Source of the DNA: a virus
Strand: one strand, 5' to 3'
DNA length: 41,799 nt
Virus record (IMG/VR): IMGVR_UViG_3300031566_000123
Shown here: piece by piece, positions 15,755 to 26,600 of the stretch
Layout: each line of letters opens with the position of its first letter
Position numbering within the stretch: the first letter of the stretch is position 1
The notes under the pieces: model-generated
The model's input: only the letters and a program-made list of their open reading frames with translations
Told to the model about the DNA's origin: nothing
The model's database searches: none
Position numbers and translations under genes: made by a program

Positions 15755-15766
15755 TTTTTACTCTCC

Positions 15767-16957
15767 TTATGCTGCCGTGTACCCGACATATATTGGTATG
15801 TATCCTACTGTATCGCCTATTTTGACCTTAATGGCTCCAGTTGGGTTACCAGTAACCCCAGTGGCTAGGTCTGCTATGTTGCCACCATCATCGCATAGTT
15901 TGGCAAAAGCACCCCAGGCTACATTACCTTCATGGGTGTCAACCTGAAGCATGTAAGGGCCATTGGTCACGGTGCCATGCAGGTAATTTCTACCACGGAC
16001 TACGGTTGCATTGGTAATGGTTCTGGTAGACCCACTAGCACTTTCTAGTTCCACGGATATACCACGCAGCGTGGTTACATTACCACCAGCAGCACCTTTC
16101 AAATCGCAGTTTATTCCAAGACCTTGTAATGAACCTGCACCATAGCTCTCCTGAATTCTCGGAGAAATCTGTGCACCGAATATGTCACCTGTGGTGGTAG
16201 CGGCTTGGGATGGTTTTAGTTGCAGAGCCATGGTGTCACCTGAGATTTGGGTGTAATCCCTGGAGTTGATGCGGAGTTGTTTGTCATCATCTAAAGTATC
16301 CATTACTAGGTGGCTACCAGATGCTTGGATTTTAAAATCTCCACGGTTGAAAAGTATGTAGTTGTCACCGGAAAACCATTTAAGGTCTAAGGACTTGGTA
16401 GCATCGCCAAAGTGGATTGCTCCAGTATCATCAGTAGCTGGTATTGCCACAAATTGGTCACCATCCCAATAGAATGTTAGGTCCGACCCATCGCCGAATA
16501 TGAGGACATCATTGTCACCGAGGTAGAGATCTATGTCATCTAATTGTACCTTGGCGGCACCTCTGTCTAATAGGACGAATTTTGCATCGGAGAACCATTT
16601 GAGGTCCACGGATTTGGATGCGCTGCCGAAGTAGATGCCACCAGTGTCATCGGTAGCGGGAAGTATTTCTAGTTTAGCCTCATCCCAGTAAGCTAACAGG
16701 TCGGAGGCATCTCCGAATTCCAGATGGACGTCATCATCCAGTTTCAGCGCTGGGGTTGCTGGTACCCACCTCATATCATCTCCCTCAACATCACTGTATA
16801 GGATGAATCCTTGACCAGTACCATCTACACCGATTGTGTAGCTTGCGGTGGAAGCTACTGCATGGTCTAAGTCATCATCATCCACGGTTTCCAGTTTTAG
16901 GTTCATCTTCGCTGCTAGGATATCATCCCCAGTAGTTACATCAGTTCCAGTTGGCAT
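15767..16957 (-). CDS. Virion protein with two internal repeats of about 68 aa (396 aa), likely fibre or spike-associated
   Basis: AAGGAGGTGAAAT precedes the ATG. Repeated unit FGD.SDL..YWD....I.PATDDTG.I.FG...KS.DLKWFS. Confidence 0.5.
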   Translation of the reverse strand: MPTGTDVTTGDDILAAKMNLKLETVDDDDLDHAVASTASYTIGVDGTGQGFILYSDVEGDDMRWVPATPALKLDDDVHLEFGDASDLLAYWDEAKLEILPATDDTGGIYFGSASKSVDLKWFSDAKFVLLDRGAAKVQLDDIDLYLGDNDVLIFGDGSDLTFYWDGDQFVAIPATDDTGAIHFGDATKSLDLKWFSGDNYILFNRGDFKIQASGSHLVMDTLDDDKQLRINSRDYTQISGDTMALQLKPSQAATTTGDIFGAQISPRIQESYGAGSLQGLGINCDLKGAAGGNVTTLRGISVELESASGSTRTITNATVVRGRNYLHGTVTNGPYMLQVDTHEGNVAWGAFAKLCDDGGNIADLATGVTGNPTGAIKVKIGDTVGYIPIYVGYTAA

Positions 16958-16968
16958 ATTTCACCTCC

Positions 16969-17268
16969 TTATCTATATTGACATTGACCATATTTGTGGA
17001 TACCATATCCACCAATTATGGTGCAATAGACACATTGTCCGTATTTACTACCAGTTAGGCTTGGTATGAACACTACATCACCTAAGTGGGTTGTTGTTAC
17101 TCCAGTACCGCCATATTTGCCACAGGTAATGCCTGTACCAAGTAACCCTTTGAGCATTTGTGCGGTTATAAGACCTGGTGGGATATGTATTTGGCGGCGT
17201 TGCAGGTCTAGGTATTGCCACTCCCGCCAGTTGTCTATATCCCTTGGTCTGCCAGTTTTGCCTCTCAT
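16969..17268 (-). CDS. Hypothetical late protein (99 aa)
   Basis: TAATG overlap with the upstream gene. Confidence 0.45.
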   Translation of the reverse strand: MRGKTGRPRDIDNWREWQYLDLQRRQIHIPPGLITAQMLKGLLGTGITCGKYGGTGVTTTHLGDVVFIPSLTGSKYGQCVYCTIIGGYGIHKYGQCQYR

Positions 17269-19298
17269 TACTTTCCTTTACACTCGGGAGCATTTTTCAG
17301 GGAGAGTATCCATCTACTTTCAAAACACACATACAAATCCTTCCCCTCACATTTGTAGCTACCTTCAATACATGTTCCAGTTTGGCATTGTGGAGCATTT
17401 TTGAGTGCTAACCTCCATCTACCTTCAAAGCAGACAAATAGGTCGGTGCCAAAGCAAGTGTATTGTCCTTCCAAGCATATTGGTGGAACTGGTGGAACTG
17501 GTGGTACGATTGGTCCGCCTAATGGTATGTAGGTAATATCGGGTAGTATAAATTCCGAAGTCACTTCACCGAGTCCGATGGTGAGGGTATATGCACCAGG
17601 CATCCAGCGGTGGACTAAGCTAGTAACCCTGGTGATTGCTTCGGTAGGATATACCTCAGCTCCTGTATTAAATGTATCATCAGCGGAGTAGCCCCAACCG
17701 CATGAGTTATGTGCTTTTGCTCGGAAGTGGTAGATAGTATCACCTACTAAACCAGTGAGCGGGTGGGTAAATTCCTCCTCGCCGTAGGTATTGGATTCGG
17801 TCCATGAGTCTCCATAGCTGTCGGTTAATCCCCAGTCAAAACCTCGCTCATCAATGTCTCTGGTGCTGGTGGTAACTTCTCCTAATAAGGTGACAACATG
17901 GGTATCCACACCAGATGAATCGGCGGTTACTATGGGGATTTTTATTGGTATGGTTTCATCAGAGCCATACCCAGTTCCAACAGCGTTGGTAGCAAATGCT
18001 CGGTAGTGATATTCCTTTGAGGCATCTAGTTCGGTGAGGATTGAGCTAAATGCCTGTCCTGTGGTTTTCTCATAGGTGATGGTAGTATTACCATACCCAG
18101 TAGTCAAACCCCATTCAAACCCACAATCACAGGTTGAGCCGCCGTCATCATCCAAGGTGCCTCTGAGGATTGCTGCGGTGCAACTCATGTCTAATGGGGT
18201 GTTGGTGGTCACGGTTGGCATAGTGTTTGGAATTAAACCAACTTTTACATGCCTATCAAATGCTACTACAACCTTGCTCCCAACAGGACACCCCTTTGAA
18301 AAAATAGTACCAGTTGCCACAGCTTCTTCATCACCAAGGGTTATTGTGGAGCCTGAGTAGGAACAATAGCGGGACTTGAGGTTTCCTCCACACTGATAAA
18401 TACAAGCAAAGTAGTTACCCGGTAGACTGCAAGCATTGTAAGGAGATATTGTGGCACCTGGCATTGTTACATAGGTAGTGGTACCTTCGGTCACTGTATC
18501 CCCGTCAATACCAAGAATTGCAACTATACCCCTTGATGCGCCCACCATTGCTATAACTTGGGTACTATTAAGTGTATCATTGCGTAAAGGAAAACCTCCT
18601 TCAAAGCTGGTAAGTGTGTTCATAGCACCAGATGTAATAAGGTCGGTATGGACGCTGACAACCACTGCTTTCAGGACAAGGTAATACATAGTGACAAAGG
18701 TAACTAACACTTTCCCTGTTACTGGTCCATCAAGGCCAGAGGATAGCGAGACACAATAAGGACGTTGCACATTATACTCACCGCTGATGTTAACCGAGTT
18801 ACCTGCTGTTACCACATTCCCATCCCTTGCACAAACGGTGCACCCTGTGGTACTGGCAGCAACTATTGTATTTGGACCATTTGCGCAGCAGGATATATGG
18901 TCTGGTTGGTTTGTGCCAGAGATTAGGGTTGGTGAGCCAATGGATATTGATGTACCATCTACGGCTAATATCCGTGCGTAGAGTCCAGAAACCCCACCAG
19001 ACCCAGTATATGCCGCCCTATAAACTATTCCTACCGCATCATTTGCTAACTTACAGATGTCATAACAAGGTGCACTCCAGCTACCAACGTTTAACTTGGT
19101 GCAGAAGGTAATTATATTACCATCAAAGGTTACCACAGAGTTAGAGATTGAACCAACTCTAATCTTACCTATAAGATCCGAGCCAACTTGTTCCTCCCAG
19201 CCAACAGCAAATGTGGTATCGGTTACCTCACAAACCCTACGGCTACCCTTGGCAACACTAGCAAACTCATAAGGATCCCCCCAAGTAATATCAGGCAT
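17268..19298 (-). CDS. Tail spike or receptor-binding-like protein (676 aa) with two FN3-like modules and a tandem Cys-rich C-terminal repeat
   Basis: GAGGTAAAA precedes the ATG at 19298 (the track start at 19349 overlaps the previous gene). GFEWGLTTGYG / GFDWGLTDSYG modules. Tandem repeats C.EG.Y.C.G.DL.VCFE.RW.L.LKNAP.C. Confidence 0.55.
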   Translation of the reverse strand: MPDITWGDPYEFASVAKGSRRVCEVTDTTFAVGWEEQVGSDLIGKIRVGSISNSVVTFDGNIITFCTKLNVGSWSAPCYDICKLANDAVGIVYRAAYTGSGGVSGLYARILAVDGTSISIGSPTLISGTNQPDHISCCANGPNTIVAASTTGCTVCARDGNVVTAGNSVNISGEYNVQRPYCVSLSSGLDGPVTGKVLVTFVTMYYLVLKAVVVSVHTDLITSGAMNTLTSFEGGFPLRNDTLNSTQVIAMVGASRGIVAILGIDGDTVTEGTTTYVTMPGATISPYNACSLPGNYFACIYQCGGNLKSRYCSYSGSTITLGDEEAVATGTIFSKGCPVGSKVVVAFDRHVKVGLIPNTMPTVTTNTPLDMSCTAAILRGTLDDDGGSTCDCGFEWGLTTGYGNTTITYEKTTGQAFSSILTELDASKEYHYRAFATNAVGTGYGSDETIPIKIPIVTADSSGVDTHVVTLLGEVTTSTRDIDERGFDWGLTDSYGDSWTESNTYGEEEFTHPLTGLVGDTIYHFRAKAHNSCGWGYSADDTFNTGAEVYPTEAITRVTSLVHRWMPGAYTLTIGLGEVTSEFILPDITYIPLGGPIVPPVPPVPPICLEGQYTCFGTDLFVCFEGRWRLALKNAPQCQTGTCIEGSYKCEGKDLYVCFESRWILSLKNAPECKGK

Positions 19299-19300
19299 TT

Positions 19301-20326
19301 TTACCTCGCATCGTAAACCCTCACACGGTCGTATAATTCCACGCGGCAATCGTGTGGTAATATCATTTTTCCAGCTAATTGTTCCGCCATTATGCGGGTC
19401 ATTATAGCGGAGGCGCGGTTACCAGCATCAGTTTCGTCGGAAATATCCATCGCTATGTGGTGTTTGGTAACTAGGTGGTAGCTTTTAATAGCAGTATCGG
19501 AGGTAGCTTCTGCGGTGATTAGGTTGGTCCACATAACATCCTCGCCAGGGTTAGCATATACCACAATTCGGTTTGGGATATCCACATTCCATTTCTCCAC
19601 ATATTCATGGAAGTAGTGGGCTTTGTTGGAGTAGTAGGTTTCATTAACCGAGTCTGAGGTTTGTGGGTAGATAATTTTGAATTCTAAGTTTGGTTCTGGT
19701 CGTAGATAGCATTTGGTCATTGCTATTAACCTGTATAGTACTTCTGCTGGGTTCTCAAACGGTGTCTGGTTAACCCAAATTGCAGGTTTGAAATCATCTA
19801 TAATACCATCATCTTGACTACCTAGGGAGTCTAAATCAAAGTATTCGGTGTTGAAGGTTATGGAGCGCAGTATTGCTTTGATGGTGTCATAGATGGTATA
19901 GTCCTCATCATATTGGTCGGTGAACCATGGTGGCTCTCCTATGGTTACTGTGTCCTGTTCTTGCAATGCAGCCCACATACCTTCGCAGTTGAGGATAGTA
20001 AACAACCCCCCTTCTCTGGAAACACGGTGTTGTGATTTCACCCACAATCTAGGTGTATCCTCATATTCATAACTGGAACCATTGGTATAATTCCCATACC
20101 CAATTTGTATCCAATACCCTCTCACATCATCTATGCCGAGGTCATCATCGGTTAGGATAATAGTAGCCCAATCGTTGTAGGGTTCTTCATGGTGTTCCAC
20201 TTGTCGCAGCCGTGAGGTATAGTTTTTGTGGGATTTGCCATTAGCGCTGGTTAGGTATATGCGTATGTACGGGGTATTTGACACCGCCTTTTGAGCATTT
20301 TCCAAAGCAGAGCTGATGGACCTCAT
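19301..20326 (-). CDS. Virion or tail structural protein (341 aa)
   Basis: Position in the late operon; function not recognised. Confidence 0.5.
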   Translation of the reverse strand: MRSISSALENAQKAVSNTPYIRIYLTSANGKSHKNYTSRLRQVEHHEEPYNDWATIILTDDDLGIDDVRGYWIQIGYGNYTNGSSYEYEDTPRLWVKSQHRVSREGGLFTILNCEGMWAALQEQDTVTIGEPPWFTDQYDEDYTIYDTIKAILRSITFNTEYFDLDSLGSQDDGIIDDFKPAIWVNQTPFENPAEVLYRLIAMTKCYLRPEPNLEFKIIYPQTSDSVNETYYSNKAHYFHEYVEKWNVDIPNRIVVYANPGEDVMWTNLITAEATSDTAIKSYHLVTKHHIAMDISDETDAGNRASAIMTRIMAEQLAGKMILPHDCRVELYDRVRVYDAR

Positions 20327-20328
20327 AC

Positions 20329-20532
20329 CTAGCCTCGGATTTGGCGTTCTCCTTCTACGCTGCCTATACCTTTACCAGTAGCTTTCCTTGCCATGGAATA
20401 GCAAACCGCAACAGCTTGTTTCTGGTCCATTCCAGGATGCTCGCTCATGGTTTGCTCAATGCAGGAACTTACTGCGGTTTTTATATCCTCTTGTGAGGAA
20501 GTTATTGTTAAATTTTCTACTGCGGTTGGCAT
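20329..20532 (-). CDS. Hypothetical late protein (67 aa)
   Basis: GGAGGTTAAT precedes the ATG at 20532, just after the upstream TAA. Confidence 0.5.
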   Translation of the reverse strand: MPTAVENLTITSSQEDIKTAVSSCIEQTMSEHPGMDQKQAVAVCYSMARKATGKGIGSVEGERQIRG

Positions 20533-20533
20533 A

Positions 20534-20836
20534 TTAACCTCCACTCCCAAAATAAATTACTTCCAAATCTGCGGTGCCATCATCATCAATGCAGCGGAAG
20601 TTTGTTAAGGATTCAGACCCCCAAACCTCATAAAACAGGTTTACCAATAGCTTGATACCTTTGGTAGATGTTGGTGTGGTGCCATCAATACAAACTCGTA
20701 CTCCTGCTGTGGTTGGTTGTATTAAGGCATAAATCACATTGGGTTTGGTTGGTGGTATATTAGCTGCGGTGAAACCTACTGATTCACTTACACCATCAAT
20801 AGTTTCCCGTCCAACTACATTATAAATCATTATCAC
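20534..20836 (-). CDS. Hypothetical late protein (100 aa)
   Basis: GTAGGAGGTGATA precedes the ATG. Confidence 0.55.
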   Translation of the reverse strand: MIMIYNVVGRETIDGVSESVGFTAANIPPTKPNVIYALIQPTTAGVRVCIDGTTPTSTKGIKLLVNLFYEVWGSESLTNFRCIDDDGTADLEVIYFGSGG

Positions 20837-20839
20837 CTC

Positions 20840-21046
20840 CTACTGTTTCATTTCGTCGCCGATGTGGTCAAGCTGCTTGGCTAGGTAGGATTTACAAACG
20901 GCGGAGATATTACTCCACAAAAGCTCTATGCAGCCATTTTCCTCAACTCGGATTATGGTAATAAACCCATCATCATTGAATTTACCACCCATTTCAAAGA
21001 AGTTGTTATTTTCCCACTCAAGTCTTATGATTAGTTTGCTAGCCAT
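20840..21046 (-). CDS. Hypothetical late protein (68 aa)
   Basis: GCAGGAGGTGTAG precedes the ATG. Confidence 0.55.
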   Translation of the reverse strand: MASKLIIRLEWENNNFFEMGGKFNDDGFITIIRVEENGCIELLWSNISAVCKSYLAKQLDHIGDEMKQ

Positions 21047-21065
21047 CTACACCTCCTGCAGAATT

Positions 21066-21089
21066 GGGAGTGATTTGAGGCTCACTCCC
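21066..21089 (-). other. 8-bp GC-rich hairpin between late genes (possible RNA processing or stability element; no U-tract)
   Basis: GGGAGTGA (21066-21073) pairs with TCACTCCC (21082-21089) around an 8-nt loop. It lies between the stop at 21099 and the next Shine-Dalgarno site. Confidence 0.3.
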
Positions 21090-21098
21090 AAAAGCCTT

Positions 21099-21935
21099 TT
21101 AGGGACATATTTGGAGCATGAGGAACGGAGCACCTTGTCCACCACCAACAGCATGGCATAGACCGAATCCTGCGTGCTGCTGGAATTCAAGTATAGCACT
21201 GCTATCATCATGGTTATCAACTTCCCCGGTGGATTCAAAAACAACCTGATGCTTATGAGCAGCCTCACAAGGTCCGCTACTGGAAGGTCCCAGCCAGCAA
21301 GGTCCCCAGGTCTGGAGCCAGAACCAATAGTTAGCTGTTACCTTAGCATGAGCCACTCCAACTACAGGTTCCTCAGTAGCCGTGTTATACTCACAACCCA
21401 AAGCCCAATGCGCCATGCACTCAGCGTGGTCAACATCTCCAGCAGCAAGGGCGACGGGAATTTCATCCTGCAAGGTTAGTGTCATCTCGCTAGCACCAGT
21501 TGTTACGGTACTCTCCAAAATCCTACACACAAAGGCATCGTCATCATGGTTGAAGACCACAACAAACCCACCAGCAAAATAGTTGACAGCGAAGGCTCCG
21601 TTATCGTCCTGTCCATCAGTGGACTGGACATTAATGACAAGGGTTTTGTCACCTACACTAGCGGCAGCAGCTACGGTGGTGTATGCTACATCCTGTCCAT
21701 AACCATTTTTAATGCCATAGTCGGTTTTGGATATACCAACACTGGATGCTTTAGCATAGTAAAATACCCTTTCACCGTCTATTATCTTGGTCCCAACAGG
21801 GTATCTCTGCACAGCATCCGTGTCCCGTATATCAGGGATACTTAGGTTGCCCCAACCTTCCTGCCCACCTTTCCAAGCTGGCATGACCATAGTCCGCCCA
21901 TCCGCAACTCTTAAATCATGATTAACTTTTCCCAT
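21099..21935 (-). CDS. Virion protein directly downstream of the capsid gene (278 aa; possible decoration or auxiliary capsid protein)
   Basis: GGGAGGAAAAGTA precedes the ATG. Assignment rests on position only. Confidence 0.4.
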   Translation of the reverse strand: MGKVNHDLRVADGRTMVMPAWKGGQEGWGNLSIPDIRDTDAVQRYPVGTKIIDGERVFYYAKASSVGISKTDYGIKNGYGQDVAYTTVAAAASVGDKTLVINVQSTDGQDDNGAFAVNYFAGGFVVVFNHDDDAFVCRILESTVTTGASEMTLTLQDEIPVALAAGDVDHAECMAHWALGCEYNTATEEPVVGVAHAKVTANYWFWLQTWGPCWLGPSSSGPCEAAHKHQVVFESTGEVDNHDDSSAILEFQQHAGFGLCHAVGGGQGAPFLMLQICP

Positions 21936-21967
21936 TACTTTTCCTCCCTTTTAATTTACTTCGTTCC

Positions 21968-22981
21968 CTATACAGTTACCGCTGCATCGGTGACATCCGC
22001 TATTCGGGCTAGACATTTGGAACTACCAAGCATCAAGCAACAGTAGGCTACCAGCCTCAAACCTGCAGCATCGTAATCCTCCAGTTTGTCAAAACGGTCA
22101 AACTTGAAGAATTCACCAACTTCACGGGTGTTGCCAAAACCTAAGCATAACCCAGGTTGTCCAGCAATCACATCCCCAAATTTGATGCCAAATATGGAAT
22201 ACTGGTTGACACCTGAGGTTCTCTTTGCTCGCTTGGAAGTGGTTGTCAGTCCAGTGGTTGATTGTTCAGCGACCAGGTAGTCACTGCGGATAATCGGTAC
22301 ACCGTCAAAGTAGGTTACACGCTGGCCGAGTTCGTTCTTACCCCAAACCACGGAACCCATGCCAACCCAGCTAGCAATCCCAGCTTCTTGCAGGGATGCA
22401 TCTATCCTACGAGCAAGGACATGAGGCATGAGTAGGATATCACAACCATACTTCATGGCGTCCATCATTTTTCGCAGGTTGTAGAGACTCAGCGGACCGG
22501 CTCCCTCATCAATGTTGAGGTCACCTGTGGCATTTTGGACTATTGCATGGAGACCATCCCATTCCAGAGCATCGCCATTGGTTTTGTCCCCATATACATT
22601 GTAATCCTCAACGGTTCGCAGGTTACCTTTTTTCATCTCCATGAGGAGAATTGCTTCATAGTTGTTGATGGTGCCATAAACCTCGGCGATGTAGTTGTTG
22701 AGTACCCGCTGCATGTAAACCTGTTTCAAAGTCTCCTCTTGCTGGTCATACTCTACATTAGATTTCCAAGCAAGTTGGGTACCGGTGGTAGTCAGCTCCC
22801 CACTTGGCAGTGTTTTTTCACGGTTCCATTTGATAGACTCACCCTTAACTTGGACTGCGGGTAAGCGTTCCAATAGCCCACCAACTTCCATAGTTTCCTC
22901 AATTATACCACTTACAAGGACCGACTCGGTAAGTTTTTGGGCTTCGGCTAAGCTATTCCAGTGTCCAATAACATCAGACAT
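21968..22981 (-). CDS. Major capsid protein (HK97-fold type inferred), 337 aa
   Basis: Lies immediately after the scaffold-like gene in the order portal, giant gene, scaffold, capsid. Size and strong Shine-Dalgarno site (TAAGGAGGAATAAATA) fit. Confidence 0.65.
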   Translation of the reverse strand: MSDVIGHWNSLAEAQKLTESVLVSGIIEETMEVGGLLERLPAVQVKGESIKWNREKTLPSGELTTTGTQLAWKSNVEYDQQEETLKQVYMQRVLNNYIAEVYGTINNYEAILLMEMKKGNLRTVEDYNVYGDKTNGDALEWDGLHAIVQNATGDLNIDEGAGPLSLYNLRKMMDAMKYGCDILLMPHVLARRIDASLQEAGIASWVGMGSVVWGKNELGQRVTYFDGVPIIRSDYLVAEQSTTGLTTTSKRAKRTSGVNQYSIFGIKFGDVIAGQPGLCLGFGNTREVGEFFKFDRFDKLEDYDAAGLRLVAYCCLMLGSSKCLARIADVTDAAVTV

Positions 22982-22998
22982 TATTTATTCCTCCTTAA

Positions 22999-23556
22999 TT
23001 AAACTTGGTGAAACTTTTCCTTGTAAGCAGCAAGTTGCATCGCAGCTTTTTCCACTGCGGATTTTGGTTCAGGCGTTCCAGTTCCGCCACCAGCAACATC
23101 TACGGTTGCAGGTTTGGTTGCTTTGCTACCCACAATTTTAAGGGCTTCTTCCAAACTCTCAAGTTGCTCCTTGGTTTTATCCTGTAGTATTTCCAAGCTA
23201 ACCCCATGTACGGCAATTATGTTAGCTTTTTTCAGGTCAAGCACCGCTGCGTTCAGGGTGCTTACTGACTCCTCAGCGGTAGTCAGCTTTGTTTGGAGCT
23301 CATCCACTTGGGTTTTGGTAGCTGTTCCCATTTTGAATCGTTCCTCAAGCTGCGACTTGGCAGCCTGCGCCTCCACGAGTGCGGTGTGAGCTTCGTCCTT
23401 AGCTGTGGTTAGTTCGCCCACTTGGGTTTGGAGAGTTGCTAATTGTTCCTTGTGCTCTGCCGCATCCTTTTCAGCACCAGATTTCACAGCCATTAGGTCG
23501 GATTCTGGAACGGCTTTAACGGTTGTCCCATCTGGCAAGGTTAAATCATAAGCCAT
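22999..23556 (-). CDS. Scaffolding protein (185 aa, Ala/Glu/Lys-rich coiled coil)
   Basis: Composition and heptad-like sequence. Sits directly upstream of the capsid gene. GGAGGTGACAC precedes the ATG. Confidence 0.6.
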   Translation of the reverse strand: MAYDLTLPDGTTVKAVPESDLMAVKSGAEKDAAEHKEQLATLQTQVGELTTAKDEAHTALVEAQAAKSQLEERFKMGTATKTQVDELQTKLTTAEESVSTLNAAVLDLKKANIIAVHGVSLEILQDKTKEQLESLEEALKIVGSKATKPATVDVAGGGTGTPEPKSAVEKAAMQLAAYKEKFHQV

Positions 23557-23573
23557 GTGTCACCTCCATGTAT

Positions 23574-23602
23574 AGATTAACATAATACTTTGAACTTGTC
23601 AA
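23574..23602 (-). promoter_or_regulatory. Internal late promoter TTGACA-N17-(TGT)TAATCT ahead of the scaffold and capsid genes
   Basis: Minus strand: TTGACA at 23602-23597 (contains the TGA stop of the 1898-aa gene), 17-nt spacer ending in TGT, TAATCT at 23579-23574. Confidence 0.45.
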
Positions 23603-26600
23603 GTAGCACGGCCAGCAGATGTCAAATTATCGTATATTAGCTGCGCTTCTGGCGTAAGTAAAGTGCTGGTCACATTCCAGTATAGCAGTTGCGCATCTAG
23701 TGTAGGGAGTGTCATACGGAGCTTTTTTCTGGCATTGGTTGTCATAGTGCGGTATTGGGAGATAAGTTTCAATCCGTTTGGTCTGGTTATCTCCTGTATC
23801 TCCGCTGCTCTGGTTGGGTCAATGTCTTGGATTGCGTAGTATTCATCAATGAGGTCTTGCTCCTCTGGGGTGAACATCTCTTTTTTAATCACATCGGAGA
23901 CATTCCAATACGGTACTAAGTAATTTTCCACTGCCTCTCGGTAGAGGGTTCTACCAGGAGTCTCATTGTGGCGGAGATAGGTATGCCAATCGGATTTAAG
24001 TTCTGGTGGGAGCATTTTCTCAATCGCATCCTGGGTTGCGAAGAATGTTCCCCAGTCTAGGTACGGGGTGTTTGTTACAGGGTCTATTTTCTCCTTCACG
24101 GTGAGCTGGAACCATTCGTTTAGCATTTCGTCAAATGCACCCATGTTGAGATTGATACCTTTCTCCGCATAGTAGAGCGCTCGTTCCTCAGCGGTGAGTG
24201 GTATCCAACTGAATTTATTTTTAGTTACTGGGTTTGCTTCCCATTCTCCAGTTGTGTGGTTGAATGTATCACCATGTTCCTCATGTATGTAGTCTGCGTT
24301 ATCCTTGCTTATGCCACGCATTTTATCCACATATTCGGCTTTACTTATCCATCCACCTTCACCTCTGAACGCCTGTCCTTCTATGCGGAGCATTTCTATA
24401 TTATTAGCCTCACGGTGTCGCCTAACCATGCCCCAGAATTCTGATTGGATGAGGTTATCCTCAATCTCGCTGGATGGGCGCAAGGATGCGGTGACTCTAG
24501 GTTTAATCCACCGCATGTATTCCTCCGCTTCTTGGATTTGCATTATGTCTAATTGGGATAAGCCAGGACAAACATCACCGACGGTATAACCGTGCATCCT
24601 GAGCCATTTTTGGGTTTTAACATTCACTCCAGTAATTTCCTCAATATACTCCCCCCACCATTCATAGGCTCGGATGCGGTCCTCATGTCGCATACGGAAT
24701 ACGCCAGCATGGGACATCCATGGTGACATAAGGGATACACGACCAACAGCATTATCCCAAAGTCCTTGCTCTTCTGCGGTAAGGGTTTCATTGCGCTCCA
24801 TTTTCTCCCAGATGGACACACCAGTAATCCCCCGCTGGATTTGGTCTGTGGTAGCTTTATCAGACACTTCGGTCATACGCATGTAATCCTGAAAATAATC
24901 AGGGAATAACACACCATAGAGTTTCTTGGCAACATCGGATTCGGGGTGAGCTGCTATAAATAAATCCAGCGGAGTTTTAACAATGGTCGGTAAAATTTGT
25001 CCAGTTTGTGGCTTTCTGCCGCCGTAGGATGTTAGGAGTAATTCCCAAAATACATTCGGAAAGAACCCCCACCGTTTAACATAATCCATGGTTTCTACAA
25101 ACTCGGGAAACATTTGGTCATAGTATTCTGGGTAGTCTCTGCGGACTAGGCTGGACATACCACCTTTATACACCGTGCCTCTGGTAAAGTTTACATCCAG
25201 CGAGGTACCAGGTATGTGGACATAACCAAAATCGGAATTATCCATAAACTTACCCCATGTATTCATGATTAGTGGATGGGTTGCAAAGTTTCTTGGTAGC
25301 CAGAACCATCGTTGGGATTCGTAGGTCCAGTAAGGAAATATATGTGTCATAAATTTATCTAGGATGTTGAGATTGGTATAGTCGGTAAATTCTTGGTGGT
25401 AGGAGAGCATAGTCTTATCCATTGCTTCTTGTTTTATCCGCCACCATTCATCAGTACCTTCTCTAGCAAGTTGTCCTTTAACTGGTTGGTAGATGTCCAG
25501 TTTGCGGAGATTGTCAGCTACCTCATCACAGTAACCTTGTATGTGCATTGCAGCTTCCTTATTCACGGAATGGTTAATACGGATTGATTCCAAATCTCTG
25601 GATAGGTTATCCATTTCGGCGTATTTGCGGGTAAGGATATCATGGACAGCAGGGTCAGAGCGTACTCCATATATTAGTTTGTCATATACCTCTCCAATGG
25701 CATCATCGGTGAATCCTAGTGCTTGACGGGTAGTTCCAGCAGCGGAAGCCATTTCAATAGATTGTCTCCTAACCAATGCTACAAAATACTCCTTACGCAT
25801 CAAGGATGCGGAGTTCATCATAGCATAGGATATTTGGTCACCTGTGGAGTGGAATAGTTTAGCAATATCAGCGGGGGTTAGTGCTCTCCCAGTTGCGTCA
25901 ATTTTTGCAGTACGGACTGATACTCCCATCACCCTGCCCAGCCCTCTAGCCGCAGAGATTTGGTCAGCAAGGAGTTCAGCGTCTATGGTGAAATGCTTTT
26001 CCCAAATTTCGGTAAGTTCTTTAATCCATTCAGGAGAGTTTGGTCTAACCTTGCGAGCTATGAGTTCCTCGGATTTTTTCATAGCAACTTTGCGGGTGTC
26101 TTGGATTTTGAGTACCCGTGCAACCGCAACATCCATGCAATTATCTAATTGTTCCACTTCAGTTTTGGTCAACAGGTCGCCAAGGTTAGCTTTGATATGG
26201 TCGGAAAGTCTTTTGGATTGTTTTTCACACTGGTTGAGGAATGGCATGATATTGGAGTACGCCTCCGCCCATGCGGTTTCCCTTGCAGCTGCGGTTGGTA
26301 ATGTAGATATTCGGTGTTGTGCACCTGTGAATAGGGAGGAGATAGTTTCAGGAGATTCCATGGATATATCTTGGAGAGCATGTGCATAACCCATAATCTG
26401 TTCTTTGGTTTCTATTTTGTTGGTGGAGGCTAGTAGGTCATCTACCAAATGCTGTAATCTGTCAGCTTTTATTCTCGGTGCATTGATAAGCCTATCTGCT
26501 AGGATATCTTGGGATTTAACCATGAAAGCAGGTAGGTCATCCCAAAGCTCACCCGTATAGGCGCCTTTGAGGAACACATCCCAAACCTCGGTTAGTTCCC

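Noticed and set aside
16976-17010. Plus-strand TTGACA-N17-TACCAT inside the late operon as an antisense promoter
   Set aside because: The -10 box is poor, there is no TGn element, and there is no downstream plus-strand ORF. Probably a chance TTGACA.
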